Shown piece by piece: positions 16,976 to 27,936 of a stretch of 64,000 bases of DNA. This stretch comes from an archaeon (GTDB taxonomy: Archaea; Nanobdellota; Nanobdellia; Pacearchaeales; GW2011-AR1), in assembly GCA_043821585.1 (NCBI GenBank), contig JBDRCQ010000015.1:2909-66908 (forward strand), given 5' to 3'. A model generated the notes under the pieces. That model had not been told where the DNA came from. It saw only the letters and a program-made list of their open reading frames with translations, and did no database searches. A program made the translations under genes and the position numbers. The first letter of the stretch is position 1. Each line of letters begins with the position of its first letter.

Positions 16976-17213
16976 AGTAAGGACTTCTGAGAAATTTGAG
17001 AAGATTCTGGGCAAGCTGGATAAGGATCTGAGATTAAGGATAGATAAACAGATAGAGAAAATTGTTGGGAATCCTGAAATTGGGAAGCCGATGCGTAATG
17101 TTCGGAAAGGTACGCGTGAAGTTTATGTGGGTCATTTTAGGTTATCTTATGCTTTTGATAAAAGTGTAGAAACTGTTTTTCTATTGGATTTTTATCATAA
17201 GGATGAACAGTGA
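16968..17213 (+). CDS. relE: RelE/ParE family toxin
   Basis: IGKPMRNVRKGTREVYVGHFRLSYAF is the RelE core (GKPL.G...G..E.R.G.YRIIY). 81 aa. Confidence 0.75.
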   Translation: MVKVRTSEKFEKILGKLDKDLRLRIDKQIEKIVGNPEIGKPMRNVRKGTREVYVGHFRLSYAFDKSVETVFLLDFYHKDEQ

Positions 17214-17346
17214 AAGCGCCGTTAGGGGAGTGTATGAATTTGATTATTTTGAGGTTGTGATCTTGTGTGAAATCAGAATTTATTTTGACATGATCACATT
17301 GGCACTTTAGTGATGATATGATTGCTATTTGGGAGTTTTAACTAAC

Positions 17347-18801
<1,455 letters not shown>

Positions 18802-18866
18802 TTAATGATTTTGATGTTGTTATGGATCCCCTATAACCTTATAAAACTAAGGCTTCGTTCTTTTTT

Positions 18867-19301
18867 ATGGGGCAATTAATACACACAGCCTTTTTGTTCC
18901 CGGTTGTAGATGGTAGACTTTTTCTTGGTCGGAGGAACACCCCGCCCATGAAAGGTTATTGGGGACCGATTGGAGGGAAGAACGATTCACGGGAAAATGT
19001 CGCTTTAAGCCCATGGGATGCTCCCAAATTAATAGAAAAGATGGGGGGACATCAAGTTGTTTCTAGAGTTGATGAGTATCTAACTGAGTGTGGAAATGAG
19101 TGCATTCAGGGTACTGCGGTAAGGGAGTTTTGTGAAGAGGTATTTGCTGGTAGGAACTTTCCAGGCGATTTTGGGGAAGGAGATTTTTCTGATGTTTTGA
19201 GGGTTGGTTCTCTCGATGATTGTTTTGAGGCAGGTGGGCATGAAGTTGATACTGCTAATTATTTTTATATTGCGAGGTTGGGAGGAGAGACTTTAGTTTG
19301 A
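18867..19301 (+). CDS. hypothetical protein with a degenerate/interrupted Nudix-like motif
   Basis: GGKNDSRE ... AVREFCEEVFAG resembles a split Nudix box. Uncertain. Confidence 0.4.
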   Translation: MGQLIHTAFLFPVVDGRLFLGRRNTPPMKGYWGPIGGKNDSRENVALSPWDAPKLIEKMGGHQVVSRVDEYLTECGNECIQGTAVREFCEEVFAGRNFPGDFGEGDFSDVLRVGSLDDCFEAGGHEVDTANYFYIARLGGETLV

Positions 19302-19624
19302 ATCCTAGAGAGCTTGGAGGGTTTAAGCCGCTGAATGAATTGGATGCTGCAGCAGGGGACAAGATGTTTCCCTTGGCTAAAATTGCTTTGGCACATATGC
19401 ATTATTTAATTGAATTTGGGATTCCAGTGGAATTTGGTGAGAAGTATGGGTTCCTTCGGGAACAGATTGAACCTTTCTTACAAGAAGGTTTTATTGCAGA
19501 TGGTGAGGCGAGGTTTGGCGATATGTTTGGCGCGATGATTTATTATACTGAAAGATATTTCGGTAGGAGGCAAGAGGAGCCTCTTGTGAGGGAAGTTTTG
19601 GATAGGATTCGGGGCAAGGGTTAA
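19298..19624 (+). CDS. hypothetical protein
   Basis: ATGA overlap with the upstream ORF gives operon-like coupling. No motif. Confidence 0.4.
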   Translation: MNPRELGGFKPLNELDAAAGDKMFPLAKIALAHMHYLIEFGIPVEFGEKYGFLREQIEPFLQEGFIADGEARFGDMFGAMIYYTERYFGRRQEEPLVREVLDRIRGKG

Positions 19625-20571
19625 AGAAAAGGCAGAGTGTTAACTTCGTTTTCTTCCTGCAGCAAAACAACATCCAAATCAAATAATTCGTCTTTGAGAA
19701 GTTCTTTTAGCTTCTTTACTTCTTCCTTAAGTTCGTCTTCAGTTTTGTGGAAGAACTGGATTGTGCAGTTTGGGTTGAAAAGTGAAAGGACGAGGGCGTT
19801 GGCACGTTTTTCTTTTCGTGCGTGTTCTGTTATTTTGTCTTTTAATTCCTTAGAGAAGTTTTTTATGTTGAGGACGATCATGGAATAGTTGTAACCGAGC
19901 TTTTTCATTCTTATGCCTGTGCGCATGCCGAGGATTACTTTTTCTTTCTGGAGTTTTTTTATGATGTGCAGGACCATTTCTGCGGAGATGTTGACTTGTT
20001 TTGCGATGTCGGTGAGTTTGGCTCTGCCATCGTGCTGCAGGATTTTCATTATTTTTTTCTCGCTTTCAGAGAACTTTCGTTCTTTCAGACTTGTTGAGAG
20101 CAAGGGGAAAATTGGTTGTTCTTTTTCGTGGAAAATTTTTAGGGGGTGGAATTCTGCTATGTAGGGTTTTATTATCACGTAATCTGCAACAGGCTCGTTG
20201 ATTGTTTCGGAAAGGAAGTTGCTCATTTCTTCTTCGCTTTTGAATATGAGGTTTGTGAGGATGTCGTATTTGCCGAAGCATTCGCCCCAGGAAATGCAGT
20301 GTTTGCTTGCTTCGAGTTTTTTTGTGAATTTTTCTATTGAAGAGAATCGTTCGAGTTTTATGAAGGCGAGGGCGTAGACGTTATAGCCGAAAGCGCTGTA
20401 GTCAAACATCGTGAAGAATTTTTCGATGATTCCTTCTTTGAGAAATTTCTTTAGGGAATGTTCAACTTGGATTCTTGTTAGTTTTGTTGCCTTGGCTATT
20501 CTTGTAATTGGCTCGCGGTTGTGATGGTAGAGGTAGGCAAGGAGTTTTAGTTCTTTTTCTTTTAGTTCCAT
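19621..20571 (-). CDS. Lrp/AsnC family transcriptional regulator, tandem (two HTH + two RAM-like domains)
   Basis: Two repeats of HTH (REPITRIAKATKLTRIQVEHSLKKFLKEGIIEKF / GRAKLTDIAKQVNISAEMVLHIIKKLQKEKVILG), each followed by a ligand-binding-like domain. Confidence 0.8.
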   Translation of the reverse strand: MELKEKELKLLAYLYHHNREPITRIAKATKLTRIQVEHSLKKFLKEGIIEKFFTMFDYSAFGYNVYALAFIKLERFSSIEKFTKKLEASKHCISWGECFGKYDILTNLIFKSEEEMSNFLSETINEPVADYVIIKPYIAEFHPLKIFHEKEQPIFPLLSTSLKERKFSESEKKIMKILQHDGRAKLTDIAKQVNISAEMVLHIIKKLQKEKVILGMRTGIRMKKLGYNYSMIVLNIKNFSKELKDKITEHARKEKRANALVLSLFNPNCTIQFFHKTEDELKEEVKKLKELLKDELFDLDVVLLQEENEVNTLPFL

Positions 20572-20678
20572 CTTTTTATGAATTTTATTATATTAATAAG
20601 CCTTTTGGTTTGGATTGTTTGGGATTTTAATAAAAAATTAAAGAAAGTTATAAGTAATTTGGTATTTGTTACTAGTGT

Positions 20679-21602
20679 ATGACGAAAACATTTGTTGAGC
20701 AATTGGAAGCGAAATTTGAATCGCCTGAAACAGCAAGGCAAGCAAAGCCAACAACCTTAGCAGAGCATGTTTCAAACGAGTTAATGCAAAATGGCTTGCC
20801 GAGAATAGCGCCAGAATTGTTTGAATTAAAAAGAAAAGCAAGTGTAATGTTAGATGAAAAACAAAAAACAGATATTGGCATTTCTTTATTAGATAGGGGA
20901 TTAGAAGGAGGCGCCAAATGGATAAAAATTAATGGATACGATCAAGCTGTGCTTGATGCAGAAAAATTTAAGACAATAACCTTTTCTTGTCAAGGTAATG
21001 TACCTCGTTTCTTTTATGGCGTACATGATCAGAAAAATGTTGTCCATGGGAGATGTTTAGTTCCAGAAATTGATTTAATTGTTAAAAAGAGCCCAGAAAA
21101 CATTGTAAAATATTTTGGTGATCGACCAGAACACAAAAAGTTAGATTTAGGATGTGATCTAAGTTATAATCCAGGAAGAGTTAAAAAAGAAGACTGGGGA
21201 AATCTTAGTATTGTATCAAGCGCACATTGGGAAGCACCATATGCGTTAGATGCTAGCGCTGAAATTCCTCAAGTCCCAGAAGGATTCATTGAACTCGGGG
21301 ATGAAGCTATTGCAGAATATTATGCTGCCGTAAGAACAGCCCCACCAAAGTTAAGAAAAACAACAAAACTAATATCGCCAAGAATTGGAGTTTTGTGGGC
21401 TCCATCTGATAGCATCCTATATGCTACTGGAAAAATCCCCGAGCCCCAAAGAATTCCTCAATCAGAAGGCGACCCCGCTTTAATCTTAGACATTCCAGAC
21501 GGAGAAAGAAGCTATAAACACATCGTAGCTGTTTGGGATATCGGAGAAGAATTACCTTTCAGAAATTATCTTGCCGAATTTAGCAAAGGAAGATTGAAAT
21601 AA
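20679..21602 (+). CDS. hypothetical protein (307 aa)
   Basis: ORF divergent from the Lrp regulator. No motif recognised. Confidence 0.5.
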   Translation: MTKTFVEQLEAKFESPETARQAKPTTLAEHVSNELMQNGLPRIAPELFELKRKASVMLDEKQKTDIGISLLDRGLEGGAKWIKINGYDQAVLDAEKFKTITFSCQGNVPRFFYGVHDQKNVVHGRCLVPEIDLIVKKSPENIVKYFGDRPEHKKLDLGCDLSYNPGRVKKEDWGNLSIVSSAHWEAPYALDASAEIPQVPEGFIELGDEAIAEYYAAVRTAPPKLRKTTKLISPRIGVLWAPSDSILYATGKIPEPQRIPQSEGDPALILDIPDGERSYKHIVAVWDIGEELPFRNYLAEFSKGRLK

Positions 21603-21603
21603 A

Positions 21604-21894
21604 ATGACGAAGAAAGAAACCGAACCTAAAGATGTAGTAATTAGTTCTCAAACATTTAGAGACGCAGGCGGGGACCTGGAAAGACCTCGCTTGAAACTCG
21701 GAGGTTTTATACTTGGTGCGGGATCAAAAGGTGTTAGTTCTGACGATTCACTAAGGGATCAAGCACGAGCAAGGGACTATACTCACATTTACAATTTTCA
21801 TGAGGTAAACCGATCTGCGGGAATTATTGGCGGAGATGGTTATTATCCGATTGAAGGGGAAGAAGAAAATGACAAAAACAACAACAACGAGTGA
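21604..21894 (+). CDS. hypothetical protein (96 aa, acidic C-terminus)
   Basis: Starts 2 nt after the upstream stop. Confidence 0.4.
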   Translation: MTKKETEPKDVVISSQTFRDAGGDLERPRLKLGGFILGAGSKGVSSDDSLRDQARARDYTHIYNFHEVNRSAGIIGGDGYYPIEGEEENDKNNNNE

Positions 21895-22372
21895 TAAAAA
21901 ATCAGCGGCAGAATTATCAGTTAAAGCTATAATAATTTTGCAAAATTTAGGATGGTATTCTCCATGGAGGATGCACTATGAAACAAACAAACTTGACATT
22001 AGTTGTGAGGTGGGTGAAAAACCAAATTGGAAATCTGCCGTCGTGCAAGTTTATAGTAAACCAATTAGTCGTGCGGGTCAGTGGAAGAATAAAATGATAC
22101 TTAAGAGAGGCGTATACGTGCGTCCAGGGAGGGTTGTGCAAAGAGAAATAGATGTAGTTTATGATATGGCCCTTAATGGCGCACGAACCGAATACCATAA
22201 GAAGCTTGAAATTATAGCGGACGTGTATCGGCGAATAGATAAACTGAACGATGAACGTCATAAGAGATGGACGGGGGATAGAGATCTTGGAGAAGTCAGC
22301 CTAAATTCTAGGTGTGAACTAGGAAAAACTAATGATATCGTGAGACACAATTCCCCTGATTGGATCAGATAA
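21868..22372 (+). CDS. hypothetical protein (168 aa; track ORF begins at 21827 but ATG 21868 follows the upstream gene logic)
   Basis: Overlaps the upstream gene end by 27 nt. Basic protein. Confidence 0.45.
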
Positions 22373-22638
22373 TGGATAGAATATTCTTTAACCCAGACCC
22401 ACGCCAAATTCTCGAACGCAAGGAACTTCAAGATGGTTCTGAACTGCAATTGAGAACTTGGGTTAGCGACGTTATTCAGCCCGGAAGGCGAGGATATCAA
22501 CTTGCTTTGAATTATCGAAGTGGATTGATTGCACAACATCCGACAGATTGGGAGAATTATTCTGAAGCGCAGATTCGGAAGATGTATTCTTCCGTTGAAA
22601 GAGTTGAGGATTTTGAGAAGCTGAGATATGAGGGTTAA
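22360..22638 (+). CDS. hypothetical protein (92 aa)
   Basis: 13-nt overlap with the upstream gene. Confidence 0.4.
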   Translation: MDQIMDRIFFNPDPRQILERKELQDGSELQLRTWVSDVIQPGRRGYQLALNYRSGLIAQHPTDWENYSEAQIRKMYSSVERVEDFEKLRYEG

Positions 22639-22651
22639 TAGCTTTTTTGGC

Positions 22652-23200
22652 TTAGCCTCTCCAGAAAAACTTGTTGGCAATTTTTTTGTTAATAAAAATG
22701 CACTTGTTGACTTCATTGATTAGATTCTTCGACGCAAGTTCGTGGAATGAAACCATCTCAATTTCTTTATTTTTGTCCTTGACGTATTTGGCCAACTGGG
22801 AAAAATCGCCGTCTCCGGAAAATAAAATGGCTTTGTCATATCTGTTTTCCCAGGCATGATTGAGCATGTCCAGTGCCAAGTGGATGTCATCCCCCTTTAT
22901 CGTATAATATTCTTCATCTTCTTTCGTGAATCTTTTTTGCCTTTTGCATAGAATCACTTTGCATTCGGGAATTTTTCTTAATCTTGAGAGTAACTTTTGT
23001 TGTTCTCTGAATCTTCTGGGATTGATATCTTGTTTTAGGGAAGCATTGTAATAAAAAATATCTGTCAGCTCATCTTCGCTAACGATCGTCTTAATATATT
23101 TTTCAAAATCAAAGTGATAATCGGAATATTTTGAATTCAGGGATTTCATTCCATAAACAAAATTGGCGCCGTCGATATAAACAGAAATTCTTTTTGCCAT
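22652..23200 (-). CDS. NYN-domain (LabA/PIN-like) ribonuclease-like protein
   Basis: MAKRISVYIDGANFVYG ... DDIHLALDML ... AILFSGDGDF are the NYN catalytic acidic motifs. An alternative upstream ATG at 23242 would add 14 aa. Confidence 0.75.
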   Translation of the reverse strand: MAKRISVYIDGANFVYGMKSLNSKYSDYHFDFEKYIKTIVSEDELTDIFYYNASLKQDINPRRFREQQKLLSRLRKIPECKVILCKRQKRFTKEDEEYYTIKGDDIHLALDMLNHAWENRYDKAILFSGDGDFSQLAKYVKDKNKEIEMVSFHELASKNLINEVNKCIFINKKIANKFFWRG

Positions 23201-23393
23201 TTTGAAAGTGTCCGGTATTACCGAAGTAATAGCCGGGAACACGCTTGCGGGATGTCCGAAGACTTTAGGCGTTCCCTGACACCTTAGTTTACTGAGCTTC
23301 TGTAATTATTTAAGTCTTTCGCAGATGTTATTTTTTGGCCGAGCCGGTAAACGATTTCAAAATCCTTAAATAACTCCTTTTCCTGATTCTTCG

Positions 23394-25046
23394 ATGTTAG
23401 AAAAAGAAATGCAGGCTTATGCGTTGAAGAATGCTATTGATCATGGCAGTGCAGTTGTTGGGAAGGTTTTGCCTAAATTGTTCAATCATGGACTTGATAA
23501 GAAAGATATTGGGAAGGTTATGCCTGAATTGAATAAGATAATTGGCGAGGTGAATAAGATGTCTGCTTCTGAGAGGGAAAAGAAGTTTGAGGAGTTTAAG
23601 GAGTTTGTTAAGGAGAGGGATGTTAAAGAGAAGGATTTGCCCGAACTAGAGACTCATGGGAAAAAGGTCGTGGTGAGGTTTAAGCCGTCGCCTTCTGGAC
23701 CGCTTTCGATAGGGCATGCGTTTGTGCTGGGGTTGAATTACCTTCTTGCGAAGAAATACAATGGGGAATTGCTTTTGGGAATTGATGACACTAATGCTGA
23801 TAACATCGAGAAAGATGCGTATGAAATGATTCCGAAGGACGCGGATTGGTTGACGTCAAAAGGAGTGAACGGGGTGTATGTACAGTCAGATAATATGGAA
23901 ACGTATTATGCGTATGCAAATGAATTGTTTGAGAAGGGAGAGTTATATGTGTGTACCTGTGATCCTGAGAAATTTAAGGAACTGATTAACAAGAAAAAGG
24001 CGTGTCCGTGCCGTGAGCTTTCTGTTGAAGAACAGAAGGGACGATGGAACAAGATGTTTGATTCCTATAAAAAAGGCGAAGCAGTTGTACGGCTTAAGAC
24101 TGATATCAAGGACAAGAATCCTGCTATGAGAGACTTTCCTCTTTTCAGAATTAATGATACAAAACATGTAAGGCAGGGGACAAAGTATAGGGTGTGGCCG
24201 TTGATGAATTTTGCGGTGGCGATTGACGATTTAAAGACTGGCGTGACACATGTTCTGAGAGGGGCGGACCATGCGGACAACGCAAAAAGGCAGGCAAAGA
24301 TTCATGCGTTATTGGGAGTCAAGACTCCTGATACGCTGTTTTTTGGAAGGATTAATTTCTTAGGCATGCCTCTTTCTACGACTAAGATGAAAGAAGATAT
24401 TCGTGCGGGAAAGTATTCTGGCTGGGATGATATTAGGCTGCCGACTTTACTCGCTTTGAGGAGAAGGGGCTATACTGCAGAGTCTTTACTTAGGTATGCT
24501 TTTGACATTGGGGTCACGCTGCATGATAAGACCGTTTCAAAGGACGAGTTCTTTCAGGCTATTAACGCGCATAACAGGGTTTTGATCGATAGTGAAGTAA
24601 ATAGATATTTCTTTGTTGCCAATCCTAAGAAAATTAAAATTGAAGGTGTTGAAGGGGAGAGGGTTGTGGAAATTCCGTTGCATCCTTCGTTTCCTAAGAA
24701 GGGACGTAGGAAATTACATGTGAAAAGTTCGTTTTATCTTGCGGATGAGATTGAGAAAGGGAAAACTTATAGGCTGATGCATTTGTTTAATTTCAAAAAT
24801 GAAAAATTTGTTTCCAACGAAGTGGATGATAAATTGAAGGCGAAAATGGTTCATTGGCTTCCTGCCGATGATAAAAATGTTAGGGTGCGGGTTTTAATGG
24901 AGGATGGGAGTTGGGTTTTGGGGTTGGGGGAATCGGATTTGAAAAAGATTAAGAAAAACCAAGTTGTGCAGTTTGAGAGGTTTGGGTTTGCGATTCTCGA
25001 CGGTAAATCGAAAGACGAGATGTTGTTTTGGTTTTTGCATAAATGA
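23394..25046 (+). CDS. gltX: glutamyl-tRNA synthetase (archaeal type)
   Basis: RFKPSPSGPLSIGHA (HIGH-like region), class I catalytic domain, and a C-terminal anticodon-binding domain typical of the archaeal/eukaryal GluRS length (~550 aa). Confidence 0.85.
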   Translation: MLEKEMQAYALKNAIDHGSAVVGKVLPKLFNHGLDKKDIGKVMPELNKIIGEVNKMSASEREKKFEEFKEFVKERDVKEKDLPELETHGKKVVVRFKPSPSGPLSIGHAFVLGLNYLLAKKYNGELLLGIDDTNADNIEKDAYEMIPKDADWLTSKGVNGVYVQSDNMETYYAYANELFEKGELYVCTCDPEKFKELINKKKACPCRELSVEEQKGRWNKMFDSYKKGEAVVRLKTDIKDKNPAMRDFPLFRINDTKHVRQGTKYRVWPLMNFAVAIDDLKTGVTHVLRGADHADNAKRQAKIHALLGVKTPDTLFFGRINFLGMPLSTTKMKEDIRAGKYSGWDDIRLPTLLALRRRGYTAESLLRYAFDIGVTLHDKTVSKDEFFQAINAHNRVLIDSEVNRYFFVANPKKIKIEGVEGERVVEIPLHPSFPKKGRRKLHVKSSFYLADEIEKGKTYRLMHLFNFKNEKFVSNEVDDKLKAKMVHWLPADDKNVRVRVLMEDGSWVLGLGESDLKKIKKNQVVQFERFGFAILDGKSKDEMLFWFLHK

Positions 25047-25088
25047 AATATTCGAAACATTTATAAAGAAGTTGTTTTTAGATATGTA

Positions 25089-25538
25089 ATGAATAATAAA
25101 AAGGGGTTGAGCAATCTTGTTGCTACAGTTTTGATCGTTTTGTTGGCTTTAGCTGCTGTTGCGATAATTTGGGGATTCTTGAGACCTACTTTTGATGATG
25201 CTGCTACTACGACCGGTTTGAGGTCTGCATGTTTCTTAGTTGAGTTGGAAGCTACTGGTTGCTCTGTTGCTTCAAATGTTGCTACGGTTACATATAAGAC
25301 AATTTCTACTGATGATAAGTTTAGTGGAGTTGTTGCGGTTGTTGAAGATTCGGCTTCAGTTACTAATACTACAAGAGGTAGTGCTCCTGGTCCGCTTCAG
25401 TCTGTGAATGTGGATGTTGCTGTGCCGAATCCTCCTTATACTGCTCCTTTCGAGGCTAGAGTTGCTGCTGTCGTTTCCGATGGTGCTGGAAATGAGGAAG
25501 TGTGTGCTGAGTCAGCGAGCGTGGTTTGTGGGCCGTAA
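25089..25538 (+). CDS. type IV pilin-like protein (class III signal peptide)
   Basis: MNNKKGLSNLVATVLIVLLALAAVAI is an archaeal prepilin-type signal peptide. Confidence 0.6.
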   Translation: MNNKKGLSNLVATVLIVLLALAAVAIIWGFLRPTFDDAATTTGLRSACFLVELEATGCSVASNVATVTYKTISTDDKFSGVVAVVEDSASVTNTTRGSAPGPLQSVNVDVAVPNPPYTAPFEARVAAVVSDGAGNEEVCAESASVVCGP

Positions 25539-25552
25539 AGAGGTAAAGAGAA

Positions 25553-26146
25553 ATGATAAATAAAAGAGGACTAAGTAATCTTGTTGCAACGGTTTTGATC
25601 GTTTTGTTAGCTTTGGCTGCTGTTGCGATTGTTTGGGGATTCTTGAGGCCTATGTTTACTGATACTGGTACTGAAGTTAATTTGAGGTCGCAGTGCTTTA
25701 GCGTTGACGTTCAGCCGGTTATTTGTACTTATTCCAATAACTTGACTAATGGAAGTTATTTGGATGTGACTGCTCGTGCTCGAAATATGGCTGGCGATGC
25801 TGCTCAGGTGTCTGGCGTTATAGATAGAGTTGATGGCGCTACACAGGCGGAGAATACTCAGTCTGCGGGGACCCTTTTGGGCACTGTTACTTTTGACTTT
25901 GGAGTGCATGGTTCTGTTGATGTATCTGCGGATGCTCCAACCACTGAAGAAGAATATGCTTTGTTTGATGATTTTACTGTTGCGGGGATTGTTTCGGACG
26001 ATGCTGGAAACAGTGAGGCTTGCTCTGGTGAGACGATAGCTTGCACCTATCTTCCTAAGTGTAGTCCAAACTTGTGTGGCCTCTGTGCTGACTCCATTGA
26101 CTGTGGTTTGGCATCTTGTGCTTGGTCTGCAGGTGTTTGCTCTTAA
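25553..26146 (+). CDS. type IV pilin-like protein (class III signal peptide), Cys-rich C-terminus
   Basis: MINKRGLSNLVATVLIVLLALAAVAI is nearly identical to the neighbouring pilin's N-terminus. The C-terminus has CSPNLCGLCADSIDCGLASCAWSAGVC. Confidence 0.6.
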   Translation: MINKRGLSNLVATVLIVLLALAAVAIVWGFLRPMFTDTGTEVNLRSQCFSVDVQPVICTYSNNLTNGSYLDVTARARNMAGDAAQVSGVIDRVDGATQAENTQSAGTLLGTVTFDFGVHGSVDVSADAPTTEEEYALFDDFTVAGIVSDDAGNSEACSGETIACTYLPKCSPNLCGLCADSIDCGLASCAWSAGVCS

Positions 26147-26152
26147 TTTTTT

Positions 26153-26266
26153 AGTAATCTTTATTAACTTTGTTTTGCTGTTTTGGTTTAGTGACGTGAG
26201 TGTTGCTGTTTTGTAAAAAGAAGAAGCGAGGTGTGATGAAATAGAAGATGAGTGTTGACGTTAAGA
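26153..26266 (+). repeat. direct repeat copy 1: promoter region plus the first 6-8 codons (MSVDVK...) of the 514-aa gene, here truncated
   Basis: About 90% identical to 27825-27936. The embedded ATG at 26248 runs only 20 codons to a stop. Confidence 0.7.
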
Positions 26267-26367
26267 TATTTGTGACTAAGGGCTTGTTGAATCTTAATGA
26301 ACAAGATTAGTCCTTTTTGTGCAATGGCAATGAAAGGATTTATAAACTTTGTTTTTGTGGTTTAGGC

Positions 26368-27636
26368 ATGCTATCTGAAGAACAGATAAAGGGAATACTG
26401 CTGGAACAACGGAAAAATTTGCTTAGCAAGGCATTTGGTGTGGAGAGAGCTGTCTTGAAGGAGATTGAGTCAAAGATTAAACTCCCACACGTTGTTGTTC
26501 TAACTGGGCTTCGTAGGAGTGGAAAATCTACTCTCTTGAGGCAGTTGGTAAAAAGGCAATGTAATGATGAAGACTTTTATTATATTAATTTTGAAGATGA
26601 AAGACTATTTAATTTTCCTGCCGAAGAGTTTAATGTTCTTTATGAGTCTTTAGTTGGTTTGTTTGGGAAAAAGAAAACATTCTTTTTAGATGAGATTCAA
26701 AACGTAAGAAATTTTGAGACCTTCGTTAGGAGATTCTATGAAGAAGGATTTAAGTTTTTTATAACTGGTTCAAGCGCTACATTGTTGAGCAAAGAACTTG
26801 GGACGAAACTTACCGGAAGACATGTGGATATTGTTGTAAAGCCTTTTTCTTTTTTAGAATTCTTGTCATTGCAAGGATTTGACATGAAAAAAGATGCTGC
26901 ATACATAACCGAGTCCAGGGTAGAAATTAAAAAATACTTTGATAAATATTTGGTGATGGGGGGAATGCCTGAATATCTGGTTTATGATGATCGTGAGCTA
27001 TTAACAAGGGTTTATGAAGATACTGTTTTGAAAGATATTGCGGTAAGGCATAACGTGGACAATGTTTTGGTCTTAAGAAATTTGTATTCTTTTTTAATTT
27101 CTAATTTTGCTAATAAGTTTAGTTATAACTCTTTGAAACAAGTTACAGATATTCGAAGCGTTAATACTGTCAAAAAATTTATACAGTATCTTGAAGACAC
27201 TTATTTTATTAGGGTTGTTTCAAAGTTTGATCACTCTTTGAAGAAGCAGTTAGTTAATGATAAGAAAGTTTACGTTGTCGATAATGGGTTTGTCGGGGCG
27301 TTGTCTAAGAAGCTAACGAAAGACAATGGATGGTTATTAGAAAATTTAGTGTTTAATTCTTTAAACCGAGAAGAAAGTGTTTTTTACTACTCCAATAAGT
27401 GCGAATGCGATTTTATAACGGTTAAAGGTAAAACTGCGACTAAAGCAATTCAGGTTTGTTATGACCTGAACGAAAGCAATAGAAATAGGGAAATTTTAGG
27501 ATTGCAGGAAGCGATGGAGGCGCTTAATTTATCGGAGGGGCTTCTTTTGACTAACTCGCTGGAAGAGGAAATTAAACTGGGAAGAAAGAAGATACGAGTC
27601 TTGCCTGTTTGGAAGTGGCTCTTTACAGAAAATTAG
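26368..27636 (+). CDS. AAA+ ATPase (AAA_14 + DUF4143-type)
   Basis: VVLTGLRRSGKSTLL (Walker A), FFLDEIQ (Walker B). The C-terminal DUF4143-like region contains ...CECDFI. The track start 26317 is less likely than ATG 26368 (MLSEEQIKG). Confidence 0.75.
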   Translation: MLSEEQIKGILLEQRKNLLSKAFGVERAVLKEIESKIKLPHVVVLTGLRRSGKSTLLRQLVKRQCNDEDFYYINFEDERLFNFPAEEFNVLYESLVGLFGKKKTFFLDEIQNVRNFETFVRRFYEEGFKFFITGSSATLLSKELGTKLTGRHVDIVVKPFSFLEFLSLQGFDMKKDAAYITESRVEIKKYFDKYLVMGGMPEYLVYDDRELLTRVYEDTVLKDIAVRHNVDNVLVLRNLYSFLISNFANKFSYNSLKQVTDIRSVNTVKKFIQYLEDTYFIRVVSKFDHSLKKQLVNDKKVYVVDNGFVGALSKKLTKDNGWLLENLVFNSLNREESVFYYSNKCECDFITVKGKTATKAIQVCYDLNESNRNREILGLQEAMEALNLSEGLLLTNSLEEEIKLGRKKIRVLPVWKWLFTEN

Positions 27637-27644
27637 GTTTCAGG

Positions 27645-27816
27645 TTCTGTTGACGGGCTTACGACTCCCTCCTATGTCCCACTTTTAGCTGGAATCTCCC
27701 CCCGTTCCAATTATTTAGATAAACCTGAACGCGCCGCAATTGGTTGCGGCGGCGTCTTGGAATATCAACTCGCTTCGCTCGTTATGCGGCGCGTTTTCTG
27801 ACTTTTTCAACAGAGC
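27645..27816. mobile_element. MITE-like element or small-RNA locus, copy 2 (TTCTGTTGAC...TTTTTCAACAGAGC terminal inverted repeats)
   Basis: Shares terminal repeats and the internal GGGCTTACGACTCCCTCC with copy 1. Contains a perfect GC hairpin GCGCCGCAATTGGTTGCGGCGGCG. Confidence 0.5.
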
Positions 27817-27824
27817 AGAGGCCT

Positions 27825-27936
27825 TAGTAATCTTTATTAACTTTGTTTTGCTGTTTAGGTTTAGTGACGTGAGTGTTGCTGTTTTGTGAAAAAGAAGCGA
27901 GGTGTAATGAAGTAGAAAATGAGTGTTGATGTTAAG
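27825..27936 (+). repeat. direct repeat copy 2 (intact promoter and 5' end of the 514-aa gene)
   Basis: See copy 1. Confidence 0.7.

Noticed and set aside
26317-26367. Upstream start (MCNGNERIYKLCFCGLG) for the AAA+ ATPase
   Set aside because: The extension lies in the tail of the duplicated region and has odd Cys-rich composition. ATG 26368 (MLSEEQIKG) gives a typical N-terminus.
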